This document shows positions 9,711 to 18,990 of a stretch of DNA of 64,000 nt, in pieces. The notes under the pieces are model-generated. The model was not told the origin of the DNA, made no database searches, and worked only from the letters and a program-made list of their open reading frames with translations. The stretch's first letter is position 1, and each line of letters starts with the position of its first letter. The translations under genes were made by a program, and so were the position numbers. The DNA lies in sequence record PV037725.1; one strand, 5' to 3'.

Positions 9711-10079
9711 ATGGCTATCCCAACTCCCGAATCACTTAAAGATATTGTAAAAGTTACAGCTGACACTGCCGATGCATTCATTGGTAAACTCTCCGCCATG
9801 ATGGCCGACCCCGAACTCGTTAAGAACGGCTACCGTACCGGTGGGTTCTTCAGCTTCTATGTTCCTGGTGCCATGTGGAGTGGTGGGTTTGACAGTGTCC
9901 GCAAACAACTTGAAGACGCTGGTTATACTGTGAAGATCATGGAACAAATTGTTGGTTATATGCCACCAAACTTGGTTGTAGATTTCATGTCGGCGGGACC
10001 TTATGATCCTGAAGTAACTGGACCATCTACTTTCCCATGGGTTCACGTACAGGTAAAGCCAGCTCCAACTGAGGAATAA
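9711..10079 (+). CDS. hypothetical protein
   Basis: AAAGGTG RBS; MAIP start and L.DAGYT segment shared with 51909. Confidence 0.75.
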   Translation: MAIPTPESLKDIVKVTADTADAFIGKLSAMMADPELVKNGYRTGGFFSFYVPGAMWSGGFDSVRKQLEDAGYTVKIMEQIVGYMPPNLVVDFMSAGPYDPEVTGPSTFPWVHVQVKPAPTEE

Positions 10080-10081
10080 AG

Positions 10082-10363
10082 ATGACTGGTATCATTTCAC
10101 GACTGTGGAATCGTACACCTAAAGTAGTTGAAGTACCCACCGATGATCGTCAACAACTTGAAGGGTTGGAGACATGGTGTGTTGTATGGATGGCACGTAG
10201 TGGCATTTGGCCCGACCGCCCTGACCTGTGTACATGTACATCGGTAGCACAGGCATTCACGAATGAGGTTGACGCTAAGGAATTCGAGAAAGCTCTGCGC
10301 GATGCTTATGCATTGGTGAGGGATACTATTACCCCGCGTAGCATCAAGTGCTTCAAGATGTAA
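10082..10363 (+). CDS. hypothetical protein
   Basis: tiled ORF ending at terminator. Confidence 0.7.
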   Translation: MTGIISRLWNRTPKVVEVPTDDRQQLEGLETWCVVWMARSGIWPDRPDLCTCTSVAQAFTNEVDAKEFEKALRDAYALVRDTITPRSIKCFKM

Positions 10364-10370
10364 ACATAAC

Positions 10371-10408
10371 GCCCTCCCTTCGGGGAGGGCTTATGCCTTT
10401 TCTTTTTG
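10371..10408 (+). terminator. intrinsic terminator
   Basis: GCCCTCCC-TTCG-GGGAGGGC-TTATG plus T-run. Confidence 0.85.
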
Positions 10409-10411
10409 GTC

Positions 10412-10449
10412 AACTCAAAATATTTCAAATTTATATCATGTAGATGTAC
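10412..10449 (+). promoter_or_regulatory. early promoter (variant core)
   Basis: ATTTCAAATT-TATATCAT-N4-ATGTAC. Confidence 0.7.
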
Positions 10450-10468
10450 ACTAACCGGAGGTACACCA

Positions 10469-10954
10469 ATGACATATCCTAATCTTAAAGAACCTGGCTT
10501 CCCAGTAGATACTCAGGGTGCTACAGCTTTGATTTACGAGAAGGTATTGACACCACAAATGGCGGAGCGCTTTGATCTGATTGCCGCTAACTTTCTTAAA
10601 CGTTACATGTCGCAGTGCTGGATTGAAAACGACGAACAAGGTTTCACTGGTTGGCGCTGGGATAAGTATAACCACCCACGTGTGATTGCAGGTGTAGCTA
10701 ATCGCTATGGTGGGATCATCGTAATGGGTACACGACACTATTCCAATAGCATGCGTATGGCATTGGATGCATTGGCTGGTAATGAAGTTCTAACTCAATG
10801 GGCTGGAGAAGAAAACTGTGAGCAAGGATTCGTTGATCAATTTGGCACTTTCCTGGATCGCAAAGAAGCGTGGGTTCTCGCTGAAGCCTCTGGACAAATC
10901 CGTCACCGAGACGGCCTCCCCACAGGCACGCTCTATTCCGAGCACCTCTGGTAA
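10469..10954 (+). CDS. conserved phage hypothetical protein
   Basis: GGAGG RBS; QGFVDQFG.FLDR.EA...A...GQ...LYSE.LW pattern. Confidence 0.8.
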   Translation: MTYPNLKEPGFPVDTQGATALIYEKVLTPQMAERFDLIAANFLKRYMSQCWIENDEQGFTGWRWDKYNHPRVIAGVANRYGGIIVMGTRHYSNSMRMALDALAGNEVLTQWAGEENCEQGFVDQFGTFLDRKEAWVLAEASGQIRHRDGLPTGTLYSEHLW

Positions 10955-11000
10955 ACAGCACGCTTACAACTTGTGGTTGAGTAACGCGGTTAAAGGCGAC

Positions 11001-11372
11001 ATGCCATTACGGTTCTGTGGTCAAGGTACAGTTGAGCAAAACCTAAATGAGTTGATGAAGATTGCTAGATGTATCGTTAGTATCACTAGTCAACCAGTGA
11101 CGATACACCGTCAGTGTATCAATGGGCCAAAAACTGAACAAGCCATTTTCCAAGGCAGCTTACCAATAACGTTTAATGTATCTATGACCGCAATCGTCGA
11201 GGGTAAAAAGCGAACTCGAACCAAACACTTCATTTCTTGGATCGAACTACTCGTATACTTAATTAAAAACTATCCAGGTTTAGCTACGGTTAAACTGGCG
11301 TATCATGCGGAGCACATCAATGGCGGACGACCTTTCTACTTTCAAACCTACAACGGTGGAGTTGTAATGTAA
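11001..11372 (+). CDS. hypothetical protein
   Basis: start trimmed from 10818 to avoid a long overlap; start uncertain. Confidence 0.6.
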   Translation: MPLRFCGQGTVEQNLNELMKIARCIVSITSQPVTIHRQCINGPKTEQAIFQGSLPITFNVSMTAIVEGKKRTRTKHFISWIELLVYLIKNYPGLATVKLAYHAEHINGGRPFYFQTYNGGVVM

Positions 11373-11806
11373 TGAGTAAACCACAGAAGTTCAAAGGTAA
11401 GCAGGGTACATTCAATATTACCTTCGAGGGGATTGATCTGGTGATCCCTAACGTAATGGTTAAAGAAGTAGATCGTGGTGAAGGTTCTAACTGGGCAGCC
11501 TTAGATGAGAGCAAAGGTCGTTGGAAGTTACTTACGACCCCAGGTTATCTCATCGATGTAGATGACACTGAACCGCAAAGTATCACGTTTGATCGGACAG
11601 ACCCATCACACCCACAGCTAGTTGACGCGTTCAATGATGCTTGGACTATCGCTGTCCACACCGTGTTGCATCTTGGACCAGAGAAGAAGATCTACTCCAT
11701 TGATGAATGTGATGTAGGTATGCGACTCCAATACACCGATGCAGTTATTCCAGATAACCAGCATGATTTAATTACCCGAATCATTTTCGAGAAGGTATCC
11801 AAATGA
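11372..11806 (+). CDS. hypothetical protein
   Basis: coupled ORF. Confidence 0.75.
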   Translation: MSKPQKFKGKQGTFNITFEGIDLVIPNVMVKEVDRGEGSNWAALDESKGRWKLLTTPGYLIDVDDTEPQSITFDRTDPSHPQLVDAFNDAWTIAVHTVLHLGPEKKIYSIDECDVGMRLQYTDAVIPDNQHDLITRIIFEKVSK

Positions 11807-12282
11807 GTAACATGGATCGCATCATTAAGTTTGCAAGACGACTTGACACCTCAGTTACTTTTGGTGGGTGTCCAGTAGATCGTCTGTTTATGACCGACAC
11901 TCTAAGCTACTCAGATATCTTCATCGTTAAGATGGGTGAGGAGTTCGATAAGACCGTCAGTGCAGCTAACCACGTACACAAGTTGCGGGTTGAAGTTGTA
12001 ATGCAGCGGGCGCGACATGACCACGAGTCTAAATGGCGCTGGGACCCAAACCAATACAGTGCCGGTATGCTAGCGTTCTATCACACTGACTTCGATGAGC
12101 TACTGAAGTTCGCAGCCGATTACCTTGAAGCACACCATGATCCACGTCCAGGTCTTTATGAAGTGTGGAAGGCTAACGGTAATCGTAAGGCAACTTTCAT
12201 TAAGTGTGTGAAGCATGAACCAATTGGTCGTGTAATCCATATCAGTGAGGACCCAGACTATGCCAAGTACGAACTCGAATAA
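11803..12282 (+). CDS. hypothetical protein
   Basis: ATGA coupling. Confidence 0.75.
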   Translation: MSNMDRIIKFARRLDTSVTFGGCPVDRLFMTDTLSYSDIFIVKMGEEFDKTVSAANHVHKLRVEVVMQRARHDHESKWRWDPNQYSAGMLAFYHTDFDELLKFAADYLEAHHDPRPGLYEVWKANGNRKATFIKCVKHEPIGRVIHISEDPDYAKYELE

Positions 12283-12460
12283 ACCCGAAGACGTTCAATG
12301 GGAACCCTTGTGTCGTTTGTCACCACGCGATTGGCAATACTTCATCCGTGGTAAACTGCGTACAGCCTGGGTCACATTTACGCCAGAGCAACAAGCCTTA
12401 CTCAAGGCTAATGCTGAATCGTTGGTCAGCGAAGGGCTTACTTATGCTGACACAGAATGA
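12260..12460 (+). CDS. small hypothetical protein
   Basis: GAGGA RBS; W..TFT.EQ...L..NA pattern. Confidence 0.6.
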   Translation: MPSTNSNKPEDVQWEPLCRLSPRDWQYFIRGKLRTAWVTFTPEQQALLKANAESLVSEGLTYADTE

Positions 12461-12495
12461 CCTAATCAAAACTATTCGTGAACGGAGGGCTACCA

Positions 12496-13155
12496 ATGGA
12501 TTCCAAAGGGTACGTCGCTATTGTGGGCTCAAGAGAAGTCCCGGAAGATGAGCTAGAATTACTTATCCGCCTTGGTCGCACGTTTACTGATCTGGGCTAC
12601 GAGGATAGCTCAGGAGACGCGTTCGGTGCTGACCGAGCCGGTTGGGTGGGTGCAAGGCAGTCGGACCGCTATGACCCACAGGCGGCTCGTATCTACCTAG
12701 TAGACTCTAATAGAAATCGGATGCGAGCAAGAGAATACGAATTTAAGATTGCACAGGACTATGCTGAGAACTGGGTGACTGCTGAAGCCATTGCGTTAAA
12801 GGCTCGCGGTAGTTGGAATGGGATTGATGGTCCCAACAACCAGTTCAAACGTGATCTTCATATTCGTAACGTTTTCCAGATCCTAGGTCACACTCTCGTC
12901 GATCCAGTTAAAGCACTAGTCTATTACGCACCTGTGGTAGGCAGGCCAGAGCGGGAACAAGTAAAGGGTGGGACTAACACGGCCCTTCAGATTGCTAAGA
13001 CTGTTAACATCGAGAAACGTTACAACCTGGCTACTAAAGAAGGTTATGACTGGGCAAATGAATTCCTTAAGCAATACGAGTCTGATAAGGAATACGAAGA
13101 AATTGATTGGCGTGAGATTCTGAAACCAGATGACCCACGTCTAGAATACCTCTAA
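12496..13155 (+). CDS. SLOG / DprA-like Rossmann-fold protein
   Basis: VAIVGSR, SGDAFGAD, RN..QILG, GGTNTA motifs; GGAGG RBS. Confidence 0.7.
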   Translation: MDSKGYVAIVGSREVPEDELELLIRLGRTFTDLGYEDSSGDAFGADRAGWVGARQSDRYDPQAARIYLVDSNRNRMRAREYEFKIAQDYAENWVTAEAIALKARGSWNGIDGPNNQFKRDLHIRNVFQILGHTLVDPVKALVYYAPVVGRPEREQVKGGTNTALQIAKTVNIEKRYNLATKEGYDWANEFLKQYESDKEYEEIDWREILKPDDPRLEYL

Positions 13156-13165
13156 GGAAATAAGT

Positions 13166-13633
13166 ATGCACTACAAGATGGTTAAAATGGGTTTGGGTGA
13201 ATTCCAAGTCGACTTACCCGTTGAAAGTCAGTCCAGTCTTCACGTAGTAGGTATAGTTGGCCTCAAAGAACGTTTCTTGGTGACACATGTGTCGATGGAC
13301 GAAATGGCCGATTTTACCGGTATCATGAAGACTATCGAACTTCGAATTAAGTTTGATCACAATGTCCCAGCGGGTATGCCATCCGATAGTTATTTCAGTA
13401 TCAACAATACTCAACATCGTGAACATACTAACGGCAACCCAACTTGCTGGGTAGCCTGGTTTGATAACAATCCTGACCATTTGTTCTTTATTCCACATGA
13501 CTTCTGTAAGTCACCACACTTTCAATTGAAGGTGGAACGCTACGGTGTATTTGATGTCACGAGCGGTGAACCTGTATTGAAAGCGGCATGTAACGCGAAT
13601 ACCACTTTACGAGAAATCACGGAGTCCCTGTAA
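13166..13633 (+). CDS. hypothetical protein
   Basis: AAGGA RBS. Confidence 0.75.
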   Translation: MHYKMVKMGLGEFQVDLPVESQSSLHVVGIVGLKERFLVTHVSMDEMADFTGIMKTIELRIKFDHNVPAGMPSDSYFSINNTQHREHTNGNPTCWVAWFDNNPDHLFFIPHDFCKSPHFQLKVERYGVFDVTSGEPVLKAACNANTTLREITESL

Positions 13634-14007
13634 TGCGCACCAACCCAATCAAAACACGTGAATCAGAAATCCGTGAAGTAATCAAAGCTACCTTTGTTCG
13701 ATTTATCCCTAAAGTCTGGTATGCTTGTTATCAACTACCTAAGCACCTCATGGGTAACTACCAGGCGATTCAGGTCCCTGTAAAAGACGACCCTAAGATG
13801 TTGATCACTCTGCACCGTAGTCGGCTTGAGGTAATGTACAATGAAGAACTGTACATTGTTGACTTTGCACTATGTGGTCAAACTGCTCAGTTCTCCGACT
13901 TCTTGATCTCGTCTAACTGGGGTAATGGCTCAGGTAGTATGTTTGTATTCCCTAAGGTCATTACGGCTTTGACAACGCATATGGCTGACGTAGCACAACG
14001 CCTCTAA
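13633..14007 (+). CDS. hypothetical protein
   Basis: coupled ORF. Confidence 0.7.
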   Translation: MRTNPIKTRESEIREVIKATFVRFIPKVWYACYQLPKHLMGNYQAIQVPVKDDPKMLITLHRSRLEVMYNEELYIVDFALCGQTAQFSDFLISSNWGNGSGSMFVFPKVITALTTHMADVAQRL

Positions 14008-14012
14008 GGTTT

Positions 14013-14034
14013 TACTCGGGTGGGATATTTAATG
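14013..14034 (+). promoter_or_regulatory. candidate second-class promoter
   Basis: TACT-N6-GGATAT-TTAATG. Confidence 0.45.
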
Positions 14035-14054
14035 AATCTAACAGGAGTATCCCC

Positions 14055-14441
14055 ATGACGTTTGAAACCACAGCTAAAGGTAACCTTTGGACACACAGCC
14101 CTAGATACAAAGACGGTAAGTTAGTCCAAGGGGCTAAAGGTGGTCGCCGCGATAAAGTAGCTAAAGGTGTTTACGTGATTGACCACCGACCTACTGGGCG
14201 ATTCATCATTGGATCGTCTAGCGATGTTTCAAAAGAGGTTGATCGCCATATTGCCCAATTGACCAATGGTAAACATCCAAACAAACTATTGCAGACCGTG
14301 TATCAGATACCAGGTGATAAACATGGTAACCCACCAGCAATCGTGGTTACCGAGTACCCACTGAATGATGATCGTGCAATCAAGCGAACTCTTAAAGAGA
14401 TTCGTGAGACTAATACAACAGACTACTGTCTACTGAACTGA
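14055..14441 (+). CDS. degenerate GIY-YIG-like protein
   Basis: GVY-VI...FIIGSS...H.N..LQ; catalytic Arg position appears to be Glu. Confidence 0.6.
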   Translation: MTFETTAKGNLWTHSPRYKDGKLVQGAKGGRRDKVAKGVYVIDHRPTGRFIIGSSSDVSKEVDRHIAQLTNGKHPNKLLQTVYQIPGDKHGNPPAIVVTEYPLNDDRAIKRTLKEIRETNTTDYCLLN

Positions 14442-14448
14442 GGTTGTT

Positions 14449-15252
14449 ATGAAAGACACGCTTGGCGATCGGATGAAGCTTTATGAAGGTACCTACGCAC
14501 AACAGCGATTCCTACCCGGCTTACCGATCGTAGCCCGAATCGATGGCCGCGGGTTTAGTAAGTTTACCCGTGGTATGGAACGACCGTTTGACCAGACCAT
14601 GTCAGACGCAATGATCCACACTACACGTGAGCTAGTTAAGCATACCCAGGCTTCAGTGGGCTACACTCAAAGTGATGAGATTACCTTGGTATGGTACTCG
14701 AACGACTTTAAGTCTAAGGTTTGGTTTGATGGCCGTGTACAGAAGATGACCAGTCTCTTGGGTGCGCACGCTACACTGTACTTTAACCAGTACGTGAATA
14801 AGCACATGCCCCAGTATGCCAAACGTAACCCTACCTTTGACGCGCGGGTTTGGAACGTTCCTACATTGCAGGAAGCGGTTAACGTACTGATCTGGCGTGA
14901 GTGGGATGCTAGCAAGAACTCCATTCAAATGGCTGGTCACACCTACTTCTCTAACACTCGTCTGCACAAGAAAAATACGAGTGAGATCCAAGAGATGCTT
15001 TGGTCTGAGCACGGCGTGAATTGGAACGACTATCCTCGGTTCTTTAAACGTGGTACGTATATCGGTTGGCATCGTCTAGATGGTGGTCGACAACTAACTG
15101 CGGATGAAGTGGCAATGCTACCACCAAAGCACACTGCCCGGAGTAACGGTGGTTTTATCGAGAAGTCTACACGAGCCTTGATCGAACACGATATCCCACC
15201 AATCACGAAATTGGACGACCCAATCAAATTCTTCTTTGGTAATGAGGTGTAA
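14449..15252 (+). CDS. thg1: tRNA(His) guanylyltransferase Thg1 / Thg1-like protein
   Basis: RIDGRGFSKFT, KPFD-like RPFD, YTQSDEITL, FDARV, WR..DA.KNSI. Confidence 0.92.
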   Translation: MKDTLGDRMKLYEGTYAQQRFLPGLPIVARIDGRGFSKFTRGMERPFDQTMSDAMIHTTRELVKHTQASVGYTQSDEITLVWYSNDFKSKVWFDGRVQKMTSLLGAHATLYFNQYVNKHMPQYAKRNPTFDARVWNVPTLQEAVNVLIWREWDASKNSIQMAGHTYFSNTRLHKKNTSEIQEMLWSEHGVNWNDYPRFFKRGTYIGWHRLDGGRQLTADEVAMLPPKHTARSNGGFIEKSTRALIEHDIPPITKLDDPIKFFFGNEV

Positions 15253-15253
15253 G

Positions 15254-15868
15254 ATGGAACGTAATAACAATCCACAAACCGTAACACTGGCAACCGAAAT
15301 GTACGAAGAACTGGTTCGTATGGCGGATAGTTCTGAACGCTATACTACTCGTCGTATCCGCCGACATGCGCGCAAGTTCAATCCACACCTCCAACCCGCA
15401 CATCAGGAACTGGTGCGTAAGAATGAAGCGTTCCGTAGCAAAGGTATTGTCGATGCTCGGCACATACTGGCAAAAGCTGCTGGTAAAGTAGTATTCGCTC
15501 GTACTGAGGTCAACTACCACGAGTCGCTTGAAGATCTAATCTTCACCCCGATGGTTGTCAAGCGCATCAATAAAGACAACCGCCGCCTCTTGGACGTATA
15601 TAAAGAAGGTGAACTTAAGTTTGGCTACTACAACAAAGCCACAGTTAGCCCAGATTGCATTTATTTCGAACTACCACCTTATTACCATCAGATCTGTAAT
15701 GGTCCATACCGGACACTGTGGGTAAAGATTGGTAGTCCGTTGTACTGGTATTCAATCGAAGATGAGGCATATGACGAGAACTTTGCGCGAGATGAATACA
15801 ATCTTAAACTCAAACGTGAAACTGAGACAGATCGCGTTCATTACCATGACGTAATCGGTGGCCATTAA
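15254..15868 (+). CDS. hypothetical protein
   Basis: GAGG RBS. Confidence 0.75.
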   Translation: MERNNNPQTVTLATEMYEELVRMADSSERYTTRRIRRHARKFNPHLQPAHQELVRKNEAFRSKGIVDARHILAKAAGKVVFARTEVNYHESLEDLIFTPMVVKRINKDNRRLLDVYKEGELKFGYYNKATVSPDCIYFELPPYYHQICNGPYRTLWVKIGSPLYWYSIEDEAYDENFARDEYNLKLKRETETDRVHYHDVIGGH

Positions 15869-16050
15869 TGCGTAGACATCCATTTAAGCAACGGCACTTT
15901 AAGACCAAACTTAAACACCGTCTTAAACTGAATGCGCGTTATAACCCGCGCTGTCGTATCCGTATGACCTTTACTGAAATCGAGTCACCCGCAATGACTC
16001 GGTTCCTTGAGGCGTGGACTCAACTTATTTTCGAGGGTACCAGAACATGA
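15868..16050 (+). CDS. small basic hypothetical protein
   Basis: coupled at both ends; R/K-rich. Confidence 0.6.
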   Translation: MRRHPFKQRHFKTKLKHRLKLNARYNPRCRIRMTFTEIESPAMTRFLEAWTQLIFEGTRT

Positions 16051-16694
16051 GAACACCAGCTCCATTACAGTACAGCTTGTTGGACGTTGCCCGTGCGTTT
16101 ATGGTGGCAGCACACTGTAGCGTAGGGCAAGTTCGTAAGTACACGGGTGAGGATTACTTCCATCACCCTGAAGAAGTCCTCCAGTTGTTGTTGACCTATG
16201 ATGAACCTACGTTGGAGATGCAGGTAGCTGCATTGCTTCACGACGTCATCGAAGATACTAATGTCAAGATCGAACAGATCCGTCGTATCTTTGGTATGGC
16301 TATCGCTCAGATGGTTGACGATCTTAGCGATGTGTCTAAGCCAGAAGACGGCAACCGTGAAACTCGTAAGCGGCTGGATCGGGAACACATTGGCCAAGCA
16401 CTAAAGGCCAGTATGCGGATTAAGTGTGCTGACTTGTTGTCTAACTCTAAGTCGATTGTTGACCGCGATGTTAATTTCGCTAAGACCTATCTGGTTGAGA
16501 AACTCCTGATCCTGGCTGAGATCCGTTCGGAGATCAGTAACACCATGATTTGGAAGCAAGCTTTCATGGTTTGCTGTGAAGGGATTGATAAGATCTGGCC
16601 AGATGTAGCTGACCGTATCAAGATTTATTCTACGAACGGTTTCCCAGAGGTGGCACACGCACTGAAAAAATCACTCGAGGCTGAGAAATCATGA
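16047..16694 (+). CDS. HD-domain hydrolase, RelA/SpoT-hydrolase (SAH/Mesh1)-like
   Basis: RKYTGEDYFHHP, AALLHDVIEDT, V..LSD, IKCADLLSN. Confidence 0.8.
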   Translation: MRTPAPLQYSLLDVARAFMVAAHCSVGQVRKYTGEDYFHHPEEVLQLLLTYDEPTLEMQVAALLHDVIEDTNVKIEQIRRIFGMAIAQMVDDLSDVSKPEDGNRETRKRLDREHIGQALKASMRIKCADLLSNSKSIVDRDVNFAKTYLVEKLLILAEIRSEISNTMIWKQAFMVCCEGIDKIWPDVADRIKIYSTNGFPEVAHALKKSLEAEKS

Positions 16695-17098
16695 GTCATG
16701 CATTTGCAATGACGGCAAGACACCTAATGTCTATCCGACAACAATTTGATAATGGCGTACCTTACCACTTCACTGACCCTAAGACTGTCGATGACATCAA
16801 AGCGTTGGTGAAGCGGGCTGCCACTCAACTTGACTACAGCTTACCTACTAGTGGTACAGCTCATCTGCGAATGAACACCATCGTAAAAGAATCCCCTAAT
16901 AAGGAATCTTGGCAATACGGTGGCGGTGTGTTGACGTCTGGAGATGTTGATGCCCAGATTGCGGATGCATGTAAGCGTACTCTGGCAGCTAATCCAGGTA
17001 AGGTAGTTAAGGGTACGACATTGGCTTGTCATATCCTGAATGAATGGGAACGTTATTCCTTGGTGTTCGAATTGGTAATTACGGTAGGTTTGGAATGA
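16691..17098 (+). CDS. hypothetical protein
   Basis: ATGA coupling. Confidence 0.7.
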   Translation: MSHAFAMTARHLMSIRQQFDNGVPYHFTDPKTVDDIKALVKRAATQLDYSLPTSGTAHLRMNTIVKESPNKESWQYGGGVLTSGDVDAQIADACKRTLAANPGKVVKGTTLACHILNEWERYSLVFELVITVGLE

Positions 17099-17487
17099 GT
17101 GATCTGTGTTCAGCTACGGATGCTCTAAAGGCACTGTTGTCGCGTAGCCAAGACTTCTATGAGTGGCTTCCTAAGATGGATGCTACGTTGGTAGCGTACA
17201 GTTGTGAGGATACCTTCCAAAGGTTCCAGGCTAGCTTCTATGCTGAACATGGTGACCATTACTGTTACACCATCAGTGACTGGTTAGCTTTGGATTTGGA
17301 AGCCAAGACTGAGTTAGTAGGTAAGAAAGTGATGTTGATTAAACCACGTAGTGAACTAGTCGGTATTGCTGGGTCACTACTGTTTAACTCCAAAAGGTTC
17401 TACTCCCAACGCGGAGATGAATTCGCTACATTAAAAGACGTGCTTGGTCTTACCGGCCAACCGTATATCCCTTCGCACAGTTATTAA
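17095..17487 (+). CDS. hypothetical protein
   Basis: ATGA coupling. Confidence 0.7.
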   Translation: MSDLCSATDALKALLSRSQDFYEWLPKMDATLVAYSCEDTFQRFQASFYAEHGDHYCYTISDWLALDLEAKTELVGKKVMLIKPRSELVGIAGSLLFNSKRFYSQRGDEFATLKDVLGLTGQPYIPSHSY

Positions 17488-17496
17488 GAGGTTACC

Positions 17497-17997
17497 ATGG
17501 AAATTCCAGTTTATCCAAATGAACAAGATGGCTTCATCAACCATGAAGCTAGACTCAGTGCTGATGTACCCATTCCAACTGAGCTACCTGAACTCAAGCA
17601 AGTATTCAATCGAGTAATTGTGATTGCACCGGATATCGAATCGGTAAAACCTTTGCAGGCTTTGCTACCGGAGTTCTTTCAGGCGCTTGAGCCGATCTCG
17701 CTCACTGAGGCTATTGCTAGCGACATTCGTCCAGAACCTAATCGTCTACTGCAAGCCACTCGTGAAGAAATGAATGTTTTCCGTGATAATAAACGCGGAC
17801 GAATATTCTTCTTAGCGTACTCGATCTTTGAGTACATCGAAGGGTATGGTGGTTGGGTTGATCTACGTGACCACTATGAACAATGTAAGTGGGGTCGTCG
17901 ACCAGTTACCCATGCTCCAGGTTGTACACGCTCGTTCCAGATTCTCCAAGGCGAAACCACCATCGCTAAAGTAAAATCTGACTGTGGATTCAAATGA
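17497..17997 (+). CDS. hypothetical protein
   Basis: GAGG RBS. Confidence 0.75.
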   Translation: MEIPVYPNEQDGFINHEARLSADVPIPTELPELKQVFNRVIVIAPDIESVKPLQALLPEFFQALEPISLTEAIASDIRPEPNRLLQATREEMNVFRDNKRGRIFFLAYSIFEYIEGYGGWVDLRDHYEQCKWGRRPVTHAPGCTRSFQILQGETTIAKVKSDCGFK

Positions 17998-18140
17998 AGA
18001 CCTCGCAATCAAAACTGTTTCGCAAACTAGCTATTAACCGTCGTAGCAACCGGGCTGATCCGGTTGCACGCACCCCATCCAATCTGAGTGAGCCTATCCC
18101 TTTGTGGTGGAAGGCTCGAAACGTTAAGGACTCTCCATGA
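17994..18140 (+). CDS. small basic protein (48 aa, not in ORF track)
   Basis: MKTSQSKLFRKLAINRRSNRADPVARTPSNLSEPIPLWWKARNVKDSP; ATGA coupling at both ends. Confidence 0.6.
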   Translation: MKTSQSKLFRKLAINRRSNRADPVARTPSNLSEPIPLWWKARNVKDSP

Positions 18141-18478
18141 GTGCAGGCGTATATAAACAAGTTCCACGTGAATGGACGCAAGATGTAATTCACAAAATGA
18201 TCCAATCGGTTTTCCATCTCAAGTACTACCTACCTCGGCGTGATCGTCAAGAGGGCTTTGAGATTACCTACAATGGGGTGGCCATTAACTTCTTTCCCAA
18301 TGGGATTGATTACGGTATTGGTCAGGGTGAGCACAACTACCTGAAGCAGATCAAATGGGAAAACATTACCTATGGTGATGCCATCGTCCCAACAGTAAGC
18401 AACCTCACCCCGTTGGATGAAGACATTCGTAACGGTTTGGGTCCCGTCCTCAGATACTGGCTGGATACTACAGAATGA
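18137..18478 (+). CDS. hypothetical protein
   Basis: ATGA coupling. Confidence 0.7.
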   Translation: MSAGVYKQVPREWTQDVIHKMIQSVFHLKYYLPRRDRQEGFEITYNGVAINFFPNGIDYGIGQGEHNYLKQIKWENITYGDAIVPTVSNLTPLDEDIRNGLGPVLRYWLDTTE

Positions 18479-18942
18479 TCGAACATAAATTGCCAGAAGG
18501 CATGACTCTTCCTGAGTCTAAAGCTTGTATGACTGAACATAAGTTTCCTCTTCACATACCTGAGCATGACACACGTGTGAAGTTCATTGCACATGCCCTA
18601 AGTGACCCTAGATATAAAGGTATGTCTTCCGATGAGTTGGGCGCACTTCATGACATGCGTAGTCCATCTTTCGCACAGCGCTTGTTCGACATCCGAAACC
18701 AACATCTAAGTGAAGCCAAAGAGAGTTACACTTTTAGTGATGTTCAGAACATCACCGATAGTGTAATGACATCGGTTATTCAACTGGTAGGTCCGGGCGT
18801 AGAGCAGATTGACACAAAGTATCAACTGCATGATTACTATGCTGCCCCAACTGTGGATGGTGAAGGTAATACAGTGTATGATCATCGGTCAGCTGAAGCA
18901 GAAGTAAGTGTCCTGGACTACTGGGCATTGGTTAACGGATAA
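18475..18942 (+). CDS. hypothetical protein
   Basis: ATGA coupling. Confidence 0.7.
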   Translation: MIEHKLPEGMTLPESKACMTEHKFPLHIPEHDTRVKFIAHALSDPRYKGMSSDELGALHDMRSPSFAQRLFDIRNQHLSEAKESYTFSDVQNITDSVMTSVIQLVGPGVEQIDTKYQLHDYYAAPTVDGEGNTVYDHRSAEAEVSVLDYWALVNG

Positions 18943-18990
18943 TCTACTACCGTAGCTAATAATGTACACAAACCATTCAAAGGCACCCCG

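Noticed and set aside
10818-11000. Long dual-coding overlap between ORFs 10469 and 10818
   Set aside because: A downstream ATG at 11001 with AAAGG upstream removes the overlap
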